Below the pieces are notes generated by a model. The model had not been told where the DNA came from. It saw nothing but the letters and a program-made list of their open reading frames with translations, and made no database searches. The translations under genes and the position numbers were made by a program. DNA of 64,000 bases from a virus. The stretch is taken from the IMG/VR virus record IMGVR_UViG_3300047157_000174, positions 1 to 64,000 of that record. One strand, 5' to 3'. Positions 56,420 to 64,000 of the stretch are shown here, in pieces. Each line of letters begins with the position of its first letter. Positions within the stretch are counted from its first letter, which is position 1.

Positions 56420-57604
56420 TTAATTTCCCCTCACAAGAGAATGTACGTCATCCCAAGTCATATTGGCTGCTGCCTCTAAACTTGTAGGTATTCCTTCCGG
56501 TAATGCCATTGACATTTCCGCGCTCTTGCGAATTGTTTCGTCTTTCTCTGATAGAGATTTTCGTAGTAGAGCAAACTCTTCTTTTAGTGCTGCTACATCT
56601 GTTCTAGCATCGTATGATGCGGATTCTGCTGCTGATTTCTTAACTGCAAGTTCTTCTGAAAGTCTTGCTTCAAATTGCTTAGAAAGATTATCGTATGCAA
56701 GTTTTTCCATCTGCTCTGCTTTGAATTGTGCATATGCTTTCTCAACATTTTCTGCACTTAGGTTAAGAGTACTAAAGTCCGAAGCCTCTAAGCCTTCACT
56801 CTTTAGTTCAGTAGGTGCAGCAGTAGGCTTACCGCCACTTACTACTAATTCACCTGCTTCGTAGTCTCTAGTTGAATCTTCATCAAGAGCCTTCTCTTCC
56901 ATTTCAGATTCATCCATAGATTCTTTTTCCATTTCCTCATCATCATCGGCATCCATATATGCCATTTCATTCTTCGTTACTTCGTCATATTTTCCTTCCT
57001 CTCCGAGTCCGTTAACTTGTTTCATCAAGTCATTCAACTCTTCGAGTGCTTTTTCCAACTTCTCACTCATTGTTTTATCCTCCATTTTTAAAATGTCGAA
57101 TTTTGCTTCGGGATTAATCCCCTTTTCACAGATAGTTACTTCGTGTAACTCCAATCTGTCTATCTCATTGTATTCACCGAACTCATCCGATGTTTTTTGT
57201 TTCTTAGAAATCGCTTGACCTCCAATACTAAAAGAACGTAAAGTTCCTTTTCTAATACTTCTTGAAATTTCTTTTGCTTTTTCTATGTCATCTCTTAATT
57301 TAATAACAACATAAAACCCTACATCATCTACTCCTGTCTTGTGTAGAGTACCATTAGTATCTCTATACTTTTCAATGACTTCTCCTACCTGTACATTAGA
57401 ATGATTAGACATAACATTCCTATATTTCTTTTCAGACATATATTTTTCAACTGCTTCATCTAACGCCTTCAATGTAATTAAATCATTTTGCTTATCTACA
57501 ATTTCTATTGAAGCATAGCCTCCAATAACTAAATCATCAGACTTGAGAATAGTAAACTCATGTTCTTTATCTACTTGCATTAAAATAGATGGCTGCATGA
57601 GCAT
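56420..57604 (-). CDS. Prohead protease fused to scaffold
   Basis: IGGYASIEIVDKQND, His in NHS, catalytic-Ser motif SFSIGG, LHEVTIC...INPEA; acidic coiled-coil C-terminal half. Confidence 0.85.
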   Translation of the reverse strand: MLMQPSILMQVDKEHEFTILKSDDLVIGGYASIEIVDKQNDLITLKALDEAVEKYMSEKKYRNVMSNHSNVQVGEVIEKYRDTNGTLHKTGVDDVGFYVVIKLRDDIEKAKEISRSIRKGTLRSFSIGGQAISKKQKTSDEFGEYNEIDRLELHEVTICEKGINPEAKFDILKMEDKTMSEKLEKALEELNDLMKQVNGLGEEGKYDEVTKNEMAYMDADDDEEMEKESMDESEMEEKALDEDSTRDYEAGELVVSGGKPTAAPTELKSEGLEASDFSTLNLSAENVEKAYAQFKAEQMEKLAYDNLSKQFEARLSEELAVKKSAAESASYDARTDVAALKEEFALLRKSLSEKDETIRKSAEMSMALPEGIPTSLEAAANMTWDDVHSLVRGN

Positions 57605-57628
57605 TATTTTTTTGTCTTTTTAGTTTTA

Positions 57629-57637
57629 CTATATTAA
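57629..57637 (-). promoter_or_regulatory. Candidate TATA box for a leaderless protease/capsid transcript
   Basis: TTAATATAG about 25-33 nt upstream of the ATG at 57604, which has no SD motif. Confidence 0.4.
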
Positions 57638-60247
57638 CTAATCGTTAATTTTAGGTGGAAATTCTAAATTGGAATATTTATCCTCTTGAATATTCCAAAC
57701 ATCTACGTCATCTTCATCCTTCAACATATCTTGTTTTTTACCTGTCCAAACTATCCATGTTTTTTTCTCATTAAGAGGCACTACTCTAACGTGTATTCTA
57801 GTGTCGAACTTATCTCCTTCTAATTTATATTCATGGTAGCCATCCTTTTGGACTCCTAGAATAACATTTCCCTTGTCTATAACTTTACCACCGTTTATTT
57901 TTTCTGCTACAATAGCAGGGTATTTATTCGATTTACCAAATAAATTATACACATCATCAGTATCTTCAATGTCTATTAACCAAGCAAACCGTTTTTTCTT
58001 ATAATCAATTATAAAATTAAGATTGCCGTCTTCTTGTTTAGTTATTGTAAACTCGCCCGTTCTAGATTCTTCTTTATGAATAACCATATCATCTGTATCT
58101 TTTTCTAAAACTTCTTCGTTAGACATGAAAGTATTAGGGTGTTTGTAAATGAACGAATCTTGTTTTTTCATCCAATTCATTAATTTAGATTCGAGTGAAT
58201 CAAAAAGACTTTGGTATAAATCCATATGATTTTTTCTAACAAATAGTAATATTTTATCAAACTCTAGAGCATCTTTACCACTATCTAATATTTCATTACG
58301 AATTGATATTCTTAATTCGGAACGTTTACTTTTTATTAATTGATTTAATTCTTCTTTCCACAAATCAATATTATGCAGAGCATTTTTCTCCATTAAATTA
58401 TCGCCCTCAAATCCATATAAAGTATAGCCTTCTAAATTTTCCTTTAATATTATTTCAGCAACACCGTGCGTATCATCTGTAATATAATATCCTTTCTTAA
58501 GTTTTTTAGGTTTTACTAAATCGGATTCCATACCACTCATAATTCTAAATGGCTTAGGAACTTTACCTGCAAGACCCTGTACTAAAGTGCTAAGAGATTT
58601 CTTACTTTTGCTTGCTAATTTTTCTAAAGTAGCAATATTATCAGATTGTGTTACTTCCGGTATTTCTATTACTTTAGCAGAATACAAACTGAATCCGTTT
58701 TTCTTCTTAGTTACTTCATCAACTTTAACTCTAACAATAGAGCCTATGTCAACATTTATTTTTGTGTTGAGAGCCTTACCAACTTCTAAATATGCTTTAT
58801 CTTCATAATCAACAGTAGAATAGTTTCTAGCAACTTCTGCTGTAACAGGGCCGATTCCCATAGTATAAGAATGTAGATTACTTTTTGTCTTTCTATCGTT
58901 TAATACCACTACATCTAAATCAACAAATTTTTTCCACTTAATCCACTTTGGATTTTTTCTATTTCCTATGTAATATGTAGATTCAATGTCTTTGATAACC
59001 ACACCTTCTGACGCAGGTAGTTTCATAATATCTTGAGAATAGTTTTCAACTTCTTTCTTTGAATCTGCTATTCTAGTATCTTTCTTAGATGGGAATGCTA
59101 GTTTTTCTGAGGAATGTTGAGCGTATTGATATAATAAAATATTAATTCTTTCTCTTAATGGAGTATCTGTAATATCTTTACCTTCGTGTAACATAATATC
59201 AAAAACGTGAGCCTTCAATGTGCCTTCTGTTTTTTTGTGGAATACATGAGTGATAGTATCTGCTCGGTGTAACGGTTCATCTTCCATAAACAACATTAAT
59301 TCTGCATCTAAAATACAATCTCCAAACTGTTTCTTTTCCATATGCTTAACTTGTTCTGAACATTTAGAAGTAATATCCTTTTGATTAAAGGAATATATTT
59401 TAACTTCATCATTGAACTTGTGTATTTGTATTCTCATACCATCGTATTTTTCTTGAACAACAAACTCTCCCGTTAACCCCTTAATGTCATCTAAATCATC
59501 TATCTCGAAAATCCGATACATTGGTTTGTTAGGTTTAATAAAATCTATACCTGCTTTTTTTTCTTGTTCATCATCTGCCTTTGAAATGTCTAATTCTAAT
59601 AATGAATCCCATTGTTCTTCATTATATTTTTCTAGATATATTTTTTCTAATTGTTTAAATCCCTTTTTACATTTAGATTCTATTCTTCTGTTATCAGAAT
59701 CTTCATCACCATAATGTTCCAATATGTAAATAGGTACATCTTTAGGTTCTAAGTCTAACCCCATATATCCCTGCGTTATTTCATCGGGTTTCATACCATG
59801 TGCTTTCCAAGATTTTTCCGGTATAGTATTAGCATGAGACCTTACAGCATAATGAATAAATGCTAATAACATTGATTCATTTTTTAGAAACTCTTTGATT
59901 ACATTATCTCCTAATTGTTTAGAAAAAGGGTCTGATATTTTATCTGATTTAAACCTAAGATTTTTTACTCCTTCATATATTTCCTTTGCCTGTCTTGAAG
60001 TAGGGTCATATGCCTCATCGGAAAAAGCAGTATCTTCTTTTAGATGTCTTTTCAATTCTCTAGTAAAATCTCCCAAAGAATCATATTGGTCTCTTACTTC
60101 TTTAACTGTTTTTTTCCATTTATTTCCATACTCGGAAGGATTCTCTTTTGCAGAAAGATATGAATATCTTACCCTTTCAAAAAAGTCTAGAACTCTTTTA
60201 GTTAAAGAACTCTTTTCCTTTTCAAATAAAAGTCCTGTTTGTGGCAT
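57638..60247 (-). CDS. Second ATP-dependent ligase-domain protein, in the head module
   Basis: QEKYDGMRIQIH, ILDAEL, FDI, EGVVIK, WIKWK and an OB domain; long N- and C-terminal extensions. Confidence 0.8.
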   Translation of the reverse strand: MPQTGLLFEKEKSSLTKRVLDFFERVRYSYLSAKENPSEYGNKWKKTVKEVRDQYDSLGDFTRELKRHLKEDTAFSDEAYDPTSRQAKEIYEGVKNLRFKSDKISDPFSKQLGDNVIKEFLKNESMLLAFIHYAVRSHANTIPEKSWKAHGMKPDEITQGYMGLDLEPKDVPIYILEHYGDEDSDNRRIESKCKKGFKQLEKIYLEKYNEEQWDSLLELDISKADDEQEKKAGIDFIKPNKPMYRIFEIDDLDDIKGLTGEFVVQEKYDGMRIQIHKFNDEVKIYSFNQKDITSKCSEQVKHMEKKQFGDCILDAELMLFMEDEPLHRADTITHVFHKKTEGTLKAHVFDIMLHEGKDITDTPLRERINILLYQYAQHSSEKLAFPSKKDTRIADSKKEVENYSQDIMKLPASEGVVIKDIESTYYIGNRKNPKWIKWKKFVDLDVVVLNDRKTKSNLHSYTMGIGPVTAEVARNYSTVDYEDKAYLEVGKALNTKINVDIGSIVRVKVDEVTKKKNGFSLYSAKVIEIPEVTQSDNIATLEKLASKSKKSLSTLVQGLAGKVPKPFRIMSGMESDLVKPKKLKKGYYITDDTHGVAEIILKENLEGYTLYGFEGDNLMEKNALHNIDLWKEELNQLIKSKRSELRISIRNEILDSGKDALEFDKILLFVRKNHMDLYQSLFDSLESKLMNWMKKQDSFIYKHPNTFMSNEEVLEKDTDDMVIHKEESRTGEFTITKQEDGNLNFIIDYKKKRFAWLIDIEDTDDVYNLFGKSNKYPAIVAEKINGGKVIDKGNVILGVQKDGYHEYKLEGDKFDTRIHVRVVPLNEKKTWIVWTGKKQDMLKDEDDVDVWNIQEDKYSNLEFPPKIND

Positions 60248-60257
60248 ACTACCTCAC

Positions 60258-60473
60258 TCAGTTAGAATCTTTCTTTTCTTTTCCTTCTATATTACTAGTT
60301 TTAGGTAGCGGCACTTCTTTAGGATTTTCTTTAGGTCTTTTCACTTTAACTTCTTCACCTGTTAATGGTTCATCTATTTCCATTGTATTTACATTAGCCT
60401 CTTGTAATACTTCCTTTGCTTTAGCGATTGCTAGTTCTAATAATTTCTCTTCTCTTGTTACTTTTTCCGGCAT
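60258..60473 (-). CDS. Small charged protein
   Basis: GGAGA RBS before MPEKVT; the ORF track start is 60518. Confidence 0.55.
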   Translation of the reverse strand: MPEKVTREEKLLELAIAKAKEVLQEANVNTMEIDEPLTGEEVKVKRPKENPKEVPLPKTSNIEGKEKKDSN

Positions 60474-60475
60474 AC

Positions 60476-60706
60476 TTATCTCTCCATAGTAGTTACTAGT
60501 TCGTGTATGTCTTCCCAAGCCATACTCTTTTTGATAGTATTATCCATTGGAATATTATTACTATCCATTCTAGGAGAAGGGGAATCCACCACAACTAATC
60601 CTGATTTCATAAGTAGGTTATCTTTGTGATAAACTGCTTGTTCTAAATGTTTCACTTTAGATACCAATTCTTTCAATAACATTAACATTTCACTATCTTC
60701 ACTCAT
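60476..60706 (-). CDS. Small protein ending in a scaffold-like motif
   Basis: MAWEDIHELV resembles the protease/scaffold C-terminus MTWDDVHSLV. Confidence 0.55.
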   Translation of the reverse strand: MSEDSEMLMLLKELVSKVKHLEQAVYHKDNLLMKSGLVVVDSPSPRMDSNNIPMDNTIKKSMAWEDIHELVTTMER

Positions 60707-60928
60707 ACAAACCATTCCTAATTAATAACGCTACTAGTTCTTCTCTTAATAAAGTTTTAAGTTCTGCTTTCATATTCATCTCTTACTCACCATCTCTTCA
60801 ACTGCCTGTTTTAAATCATCTATAATTTTTCTAAGTTTCATTCTAAAAGTCAAAGGAATTTCCATAGTGCTTATAGTTTCTATAATTGTTTTTAATGTTT
60901 GAATTGTTCTTTGGTCGTATTTTGTCAT
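60699..60928 (-). CDS. Two small coupled helical ORFs (60928-60776, 50 aa; 60779-60699, 26 aa; not in ORF track)
   Basis: GGTGA RBS before 60928; ATGA overlap between the two. Confidence 0.5.
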
Positions 60929-60939
60929 TCTAAATCACC

Positions 60940-61263
60940 TCAATAATAATCCCACGCTAAGTATTTTCTTGTTAACTTACCTCTTTTATCGAACTTATAA
61001 GTAGCAACTGTATATTCTGGAATAGGTTCACCATCATCTATACCAACATCAAGATAATATGCCTCATCTTCATCAAGATAACTTATATCAAGAATGTAGT
61101 CTTTTAATTCATCTACATCATAACTTTTTTCCCTTAATTCTTCTAATTTGGTTTCATTGTAATCATCTTCGCCAAATATATGTTGATTAAAGAAATCATC
61201 TACTGCTTTATCTAATTTCTTCGGATGCAATCTTTTTATTTTTAGTATATCTTCCCAACTCAT
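60940..61263 (-). CDS. MSWEDILK-tagged acidic protein
   Basis: Shared N-terminal tag; GGAGTGA RBS. Confidence 0.65.
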   Translation of the reverse strand: MSWEDILKIKRLHPKKLDKAVDDFFNQHIFGEDDYNETKLEELREKSYDVDELKDYILDISYLDEDEAYYLDVGIDDGEPIPEYTVATYKFDKRGKLTRKYLAWDYY

Positions 61264-61557
61264 TCTAAATCACTCCACATTACCTAATCTGACTTTTATT
61301 GATACCTACACCTCTGACGGTGAATTTCGCTGTCTCTCTAGGTCTATCTTTTGTTCCCATTAGACATCTAACAAAAATAGGCAGGTCAAAACCAAGAACA
61401 GGTTGTGAGGAAGAGGAATAAATAACGTCGGATTTAACACCAAACTTCTCATCTATCATTTTCATGATATCTTCTAAATCCCCCTCTTCTCCTATCAGTT
61501 CCTCTAACTCTGCCATTACATCTTTCTTTAGTATATCTTCCCAACTCATTCTAAATC
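61241..61557. repeat. Identical 31-bp direct repeat (61241-61271 and 61527-61557) spanning the start region and MSWEDILK codons
   Basis: tttagtatatcttcccaactcattctaaatc occurs twice; partial copies at about 60926 and about 61850. Confidence 0.9.
61280..61549 (-). CDS. MSWEDILK-tagged protein
   Basis: Shared N-terminal tag. Confidence 0.65.
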   Translation of the reverse strand: MSWEDILKKDVMAELEELIGEEGDLEDIMKMIDEKFGVKSDVIYSSSSQPVLGFDLPIFVRCLMGTKDRPRETAKFTVRGVGINKSQIR

Positions 61558-61872
61558 CCCCTTACTCTTTGGATAAACCAAGTCTCGTATTTGCCGATAC
61601 AAAGTTTCGTAATCTTTTCTAAGTTCTGCTGCTGATGAAACTATTTCTAGATTCTTTTCATCAAAGCCCTCGAACTTTTTTTGAAGTCTTTTATCAGACT
61701 TAATTAAGTCTAATTTTTTCATCTCATCTAACAGGTCTGAAAGATGTGTCATCTCTTGACCCATGTATTCAGTAGGCTGAGTTTTTTGAAGAAGTTTCTT
61801 AAGTTTCTTCTTTTGTTTAGCATCAATTTTTTCTAAAATTGAAGGTGATTTTAGTATTTCTTTCCAACTCAT
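61546..61872 (-). CDS. MSWKEILK-tagged helical protein
   Basis: Shared N-terminal tag. Confidence 0.65.
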   Translation of the reverse strand: MSWKEILKSPSILEKIDAKQKKKLKKLLQKTQPTEYMGQEMTHLSDLLDEMKKLDLIKSDKRLQKKFEGFDEKNLEIVSSAAELRKDYETLYRQIRDLVYPKSKGDLE

Positions 61873-61922
61873 ACTCAACCACTTTGTTTATCCGTTCCTA
61901 CAACTAGTTTATCAAATTATCT

Positions 61923-63761
61923 TTATTCTTTATTTTTCTTAGAAGTAATGTTGTTGCCAAATGTTTTATCGGCAAGTTGCCTTGCTTCTTCCGATGTTAT
62001 CTTAGATTTAGATTTATATTTCTTTTTTCTTCGTCTATATTTACCTGTATCTAATTTTGGTAATTTTTTCCTAGCCTCTTTCTGTTCCTTATTATTAGGT
62101 TTAATAGTAAATTTATCTCCATTTAACCGTCTTAATTTGGTCTCTTCTACTTCCTCCATATATTCATCAGAAGGAATAAATGAAGACAATTCTTTAGGGT
62201 CATATTCTTTTTTTGGTTTTCTTTCATTAGGCATTGTTTTATATTCTTCAACATTTATTCTTTCACCAAAAGGTCTAGGGGGAAGTTTAAGTTTTGTCTG
62301 TCTGAGTCCATAATCAGAAAGCCAATCTCTTCCAGTTCTTTCTAGTTCCTTTATGTCTTCTTGAGAAATGCTATCAAAGGTAAATTTGTCTTGATGTATC
62401 TTCTTCTTCGGTGAGTTTGTTTGTTTAGGTTTAGTTTCTTTAAATTTAGTTCTTTGAGAATATTCTGCTTTATCTGAACCGAGTTTGAGTTTGTAAGGTA
62501 GTATATTTTTCTCAACAAGTTCGATGTATGTCTTCATTAAATTTTCTATTTCTTTATTTTGTACTTCTCTATCCTCGAAAAACTTTAAAGTTTTATCTGA
62601 ATATTCATCTGAATACTTATCTTCTTCGGACAAACCTTCTTTTTCTTTCAAAAAATCTCCAAGTGTTTTTGTTAATGATTCAAGTTTTTCCTTTATATCC
62701 CTTTCAATGTTTTCCATTTCGGCATCTTGTTCAAAAATTCTTTTTACATCTTTTCCTTCTGAATTATCTGCAATACTATCAGAAATTCTATTTCTTAAAT
62801 TTACATAAACTTCAAATTTATTTTCAACCTTTGTAAGATTTTTTATTTCAGCACTTATTTTTATAAGTTCTTCATTTATGTTCGCTTTAAAATCCTTTTC
62901 TCTTTGTTCAGCGTTTTCATCAACAACAAGGTTTCCCTCTCCCGATGGTGATTGTGTTCTTCTAAACGATTGAGGATTCTCTAGTTTTTTCTTGTATAGA
63001 TTTCTTAATAAATCCATTTTTTCTTCCGGTAAGAATAGACTAGAATCAAGAACAACCCCCCTCGTACTCATATAGTCTAAATCTTTTTGTAAATTACTAA
63101 GACTTCTAGCAGATATTCTATACGAAGGTACTTTACTTATCTTAGCCATAACGTCTAATGCATTATTCAAATACACAATTATTTCGAAATTAGATTCTAA
63201 TGTATCTTTAGCCTCAGATAATACCTTACTACCTTGCAATCTAGTGTCTTCTCTAATATCATCTTCCAAAATCGCAATTCTAGAAATTAATTCTAAAACT
63301 AAAAATTTATTTTCTGAATTGAACAGAATAGATATTTCAGAATCTTTCATAGCATCTAATAAAGATTCGGGATTCGATGTGCTTAATCTTTTAATAATAG
63401 GTTTTAATTCTGTTAATTTAGAATCATATTTAAAATTAATATAATTATTGAATGCTTCTCTATTTGGGTTTTTAGTGGCATACTTATTTTTCTGTTTAAT
63501 ACCTAACTTTTTAAACAAACGATATAATTTTTTTTCATTGTTATCTCTGTCTGCTTCAATTAATTCACTATATCGTTTAGGTAGAATACCACCTCTTAAA
63601 AAATAATTATTTAAGTCTTTATACAAATTTCTAAGAAGTTTTTCTTTCTCTTCATCTAGAGAATCTTTGTTTAATATTTCCTTAAACAACCTTAGTTCTT
63701 TTTTTAATTTAGATTCTTTATCGTCCCTTTTTTTATTTTTTAAAATATCCATGAACGACAT
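61923..63761 (-). CDS. 612-aa K/E-rich coiled-coil protein with MSFMDILK start
   Basis: GGAGG RBS; variant of the shared tag. Confidence 0.65.
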   Translation of the reverse strand: MSFMDILKNKKRDDKESKLKKELRLFKEILNKDSLDEEKEKLLRNLYKDLNNYFLRGGILPKRYSELIEADRDNNEKKLYRLFKKLGIKQKNKYATKNPNREAFNNYINFKYDSKLTELKPIIKRLSTSNPESLLDAMKDSEISILFNSENKFLVLELISRIAILEDDIREDTRLQGSKVLSEAKDTLESNFEIIVYLNNALDVMAKISKVPSYRISARSLSNLQKDLDYMSTRGVVLDSSLFLPEEKMDLLRNLYKKKLENPQSFRRTQSPSGEGNLVVDENAEQREKDFKANINEELIKISAEIKNLTKVENKFEVYVNLRNRISDSIADNSEGKDVKRIFEQDAEMENIERDIKEKLESLTKTLGDFLKEKEGLSEEDKYSDEYSDKTLKFFEDREVQNKEIENLMKTYIELVEKNILPYKLKLGSDKAEYSQRTKFKETKPKQTNSPKKKIHQDKFTFDSISQEDIKELERTGRDWLSDYGLRQTKLKLPPRPFGERINVEEYKTMPNERKPKKEYDPKELSSFIPSDEYMEEVEETKLRRLNGDKFTIKPNNKEQKEARKKLPKLDTGKYRRRKKKYKSKSKITSEEARQLADKTFGNNITSKKNKE

Positions 63762-63773
63762 AATCTAACCTCC

Positions 63774-64000
63774 TTAGAATGGTATATTTTCACTACGCAT
63801 ATTCTTTCTTTTAGGAGTTATCATAACGTCAGGAATATTACTAGGTGCATCATCAGTTTTATTTTTTAATGTTGTACTTGGGTCAACACCTACAACAGAA
63901 TAATCCCTACTAATAGTAACATTATTCTTCTGCTCTGCACCTTCTTTAATTCTCGCTTGCTTTAATTCTCTTTCTAATTGTCTTACACTTTTTTCTTCAC
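63774..64000 (-). CDS. Hypothetical protein (5' truncated by window edge)
   Basis: Open frame EEKSVRQLERELKQARIKE...ENIPF*. Confidence 0.55.
   Translation of the reverse strand, partial: EEKSVRQLERELKQARIKEGAEQKNNVTISRDYSVVGVDPSTTLKNKTDDAPSNIPDVMITPKRKNMRSENIPF

Larger units (their letters stand above)
1..64000. mobile_element. Segment of a tailed archaeal dsDNA virus genome (Magrovirus-like, probable Marine Group II host)
   Basis: Archaeal-type PolB, PCNA, RFC, AEP primase and ERCC4 genes together with a capsid, prohead protease, tail tube and tape measure module. GGTGA/GGAGG SD motifs are present and no cellular housekeeping genes are seen. Confidence 0.85.

Noticed and set aside
61241-61557. 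31-bp repeats as a CRISPR array or attachment sites
   Set aside because: Only two full copies 286 bp apart, both coding gene starts; no integrase or cas operon is present.

Overview
This window is about 64 kb of an AT-rich, densely coded genome from a tailed dsDNA virus of archaea. The gene content resembles Magroviruses of Marine Group II/Poseidoniales; that host assignment is inferred from the archaeal-type replication proteins, GGTGA/GGAGG Shine-Dalgarno motifs and TATA-like boxes. There are two convergent blocks. The plus strand (1-21943) carries an E1/ThiF + JAB pair, then a nearly complete archaeal-type replisome: ATP-dependent ligase, RFC, SSB, RecA-like ATPase, PCNA, a PolB split into two genes, Cas4-like nuclease, fused primase, ERCC4 nuclease, MCM-like helicase and DEDD exonuclease. 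The minus strand (64000-21940) is a siphovirus-like morphogenesis module: a second ligase-domain protein, prohead protease/scaffold, capsid, head-tail proteins, tail tube, a G/GT chaperone with a -1 frameshift, tape measure, baseplate and a 3260-aa fibre. The most unusual element is a five-gene cassette inside the late operon built around an Arf-like small GTPase with membrane proteins, a candidate viral membrane-remodelling or egress system. Also notable are a candidate viral ubiquitin-like conjugation/deconjugation pair and a shared W-x-x-I-L-K tag that may target proteins into the capsid. No terminase, portal, integrase, tRNA or CRISPR array was recognised. All functional calls come from motifs read by eye; no database search was run.
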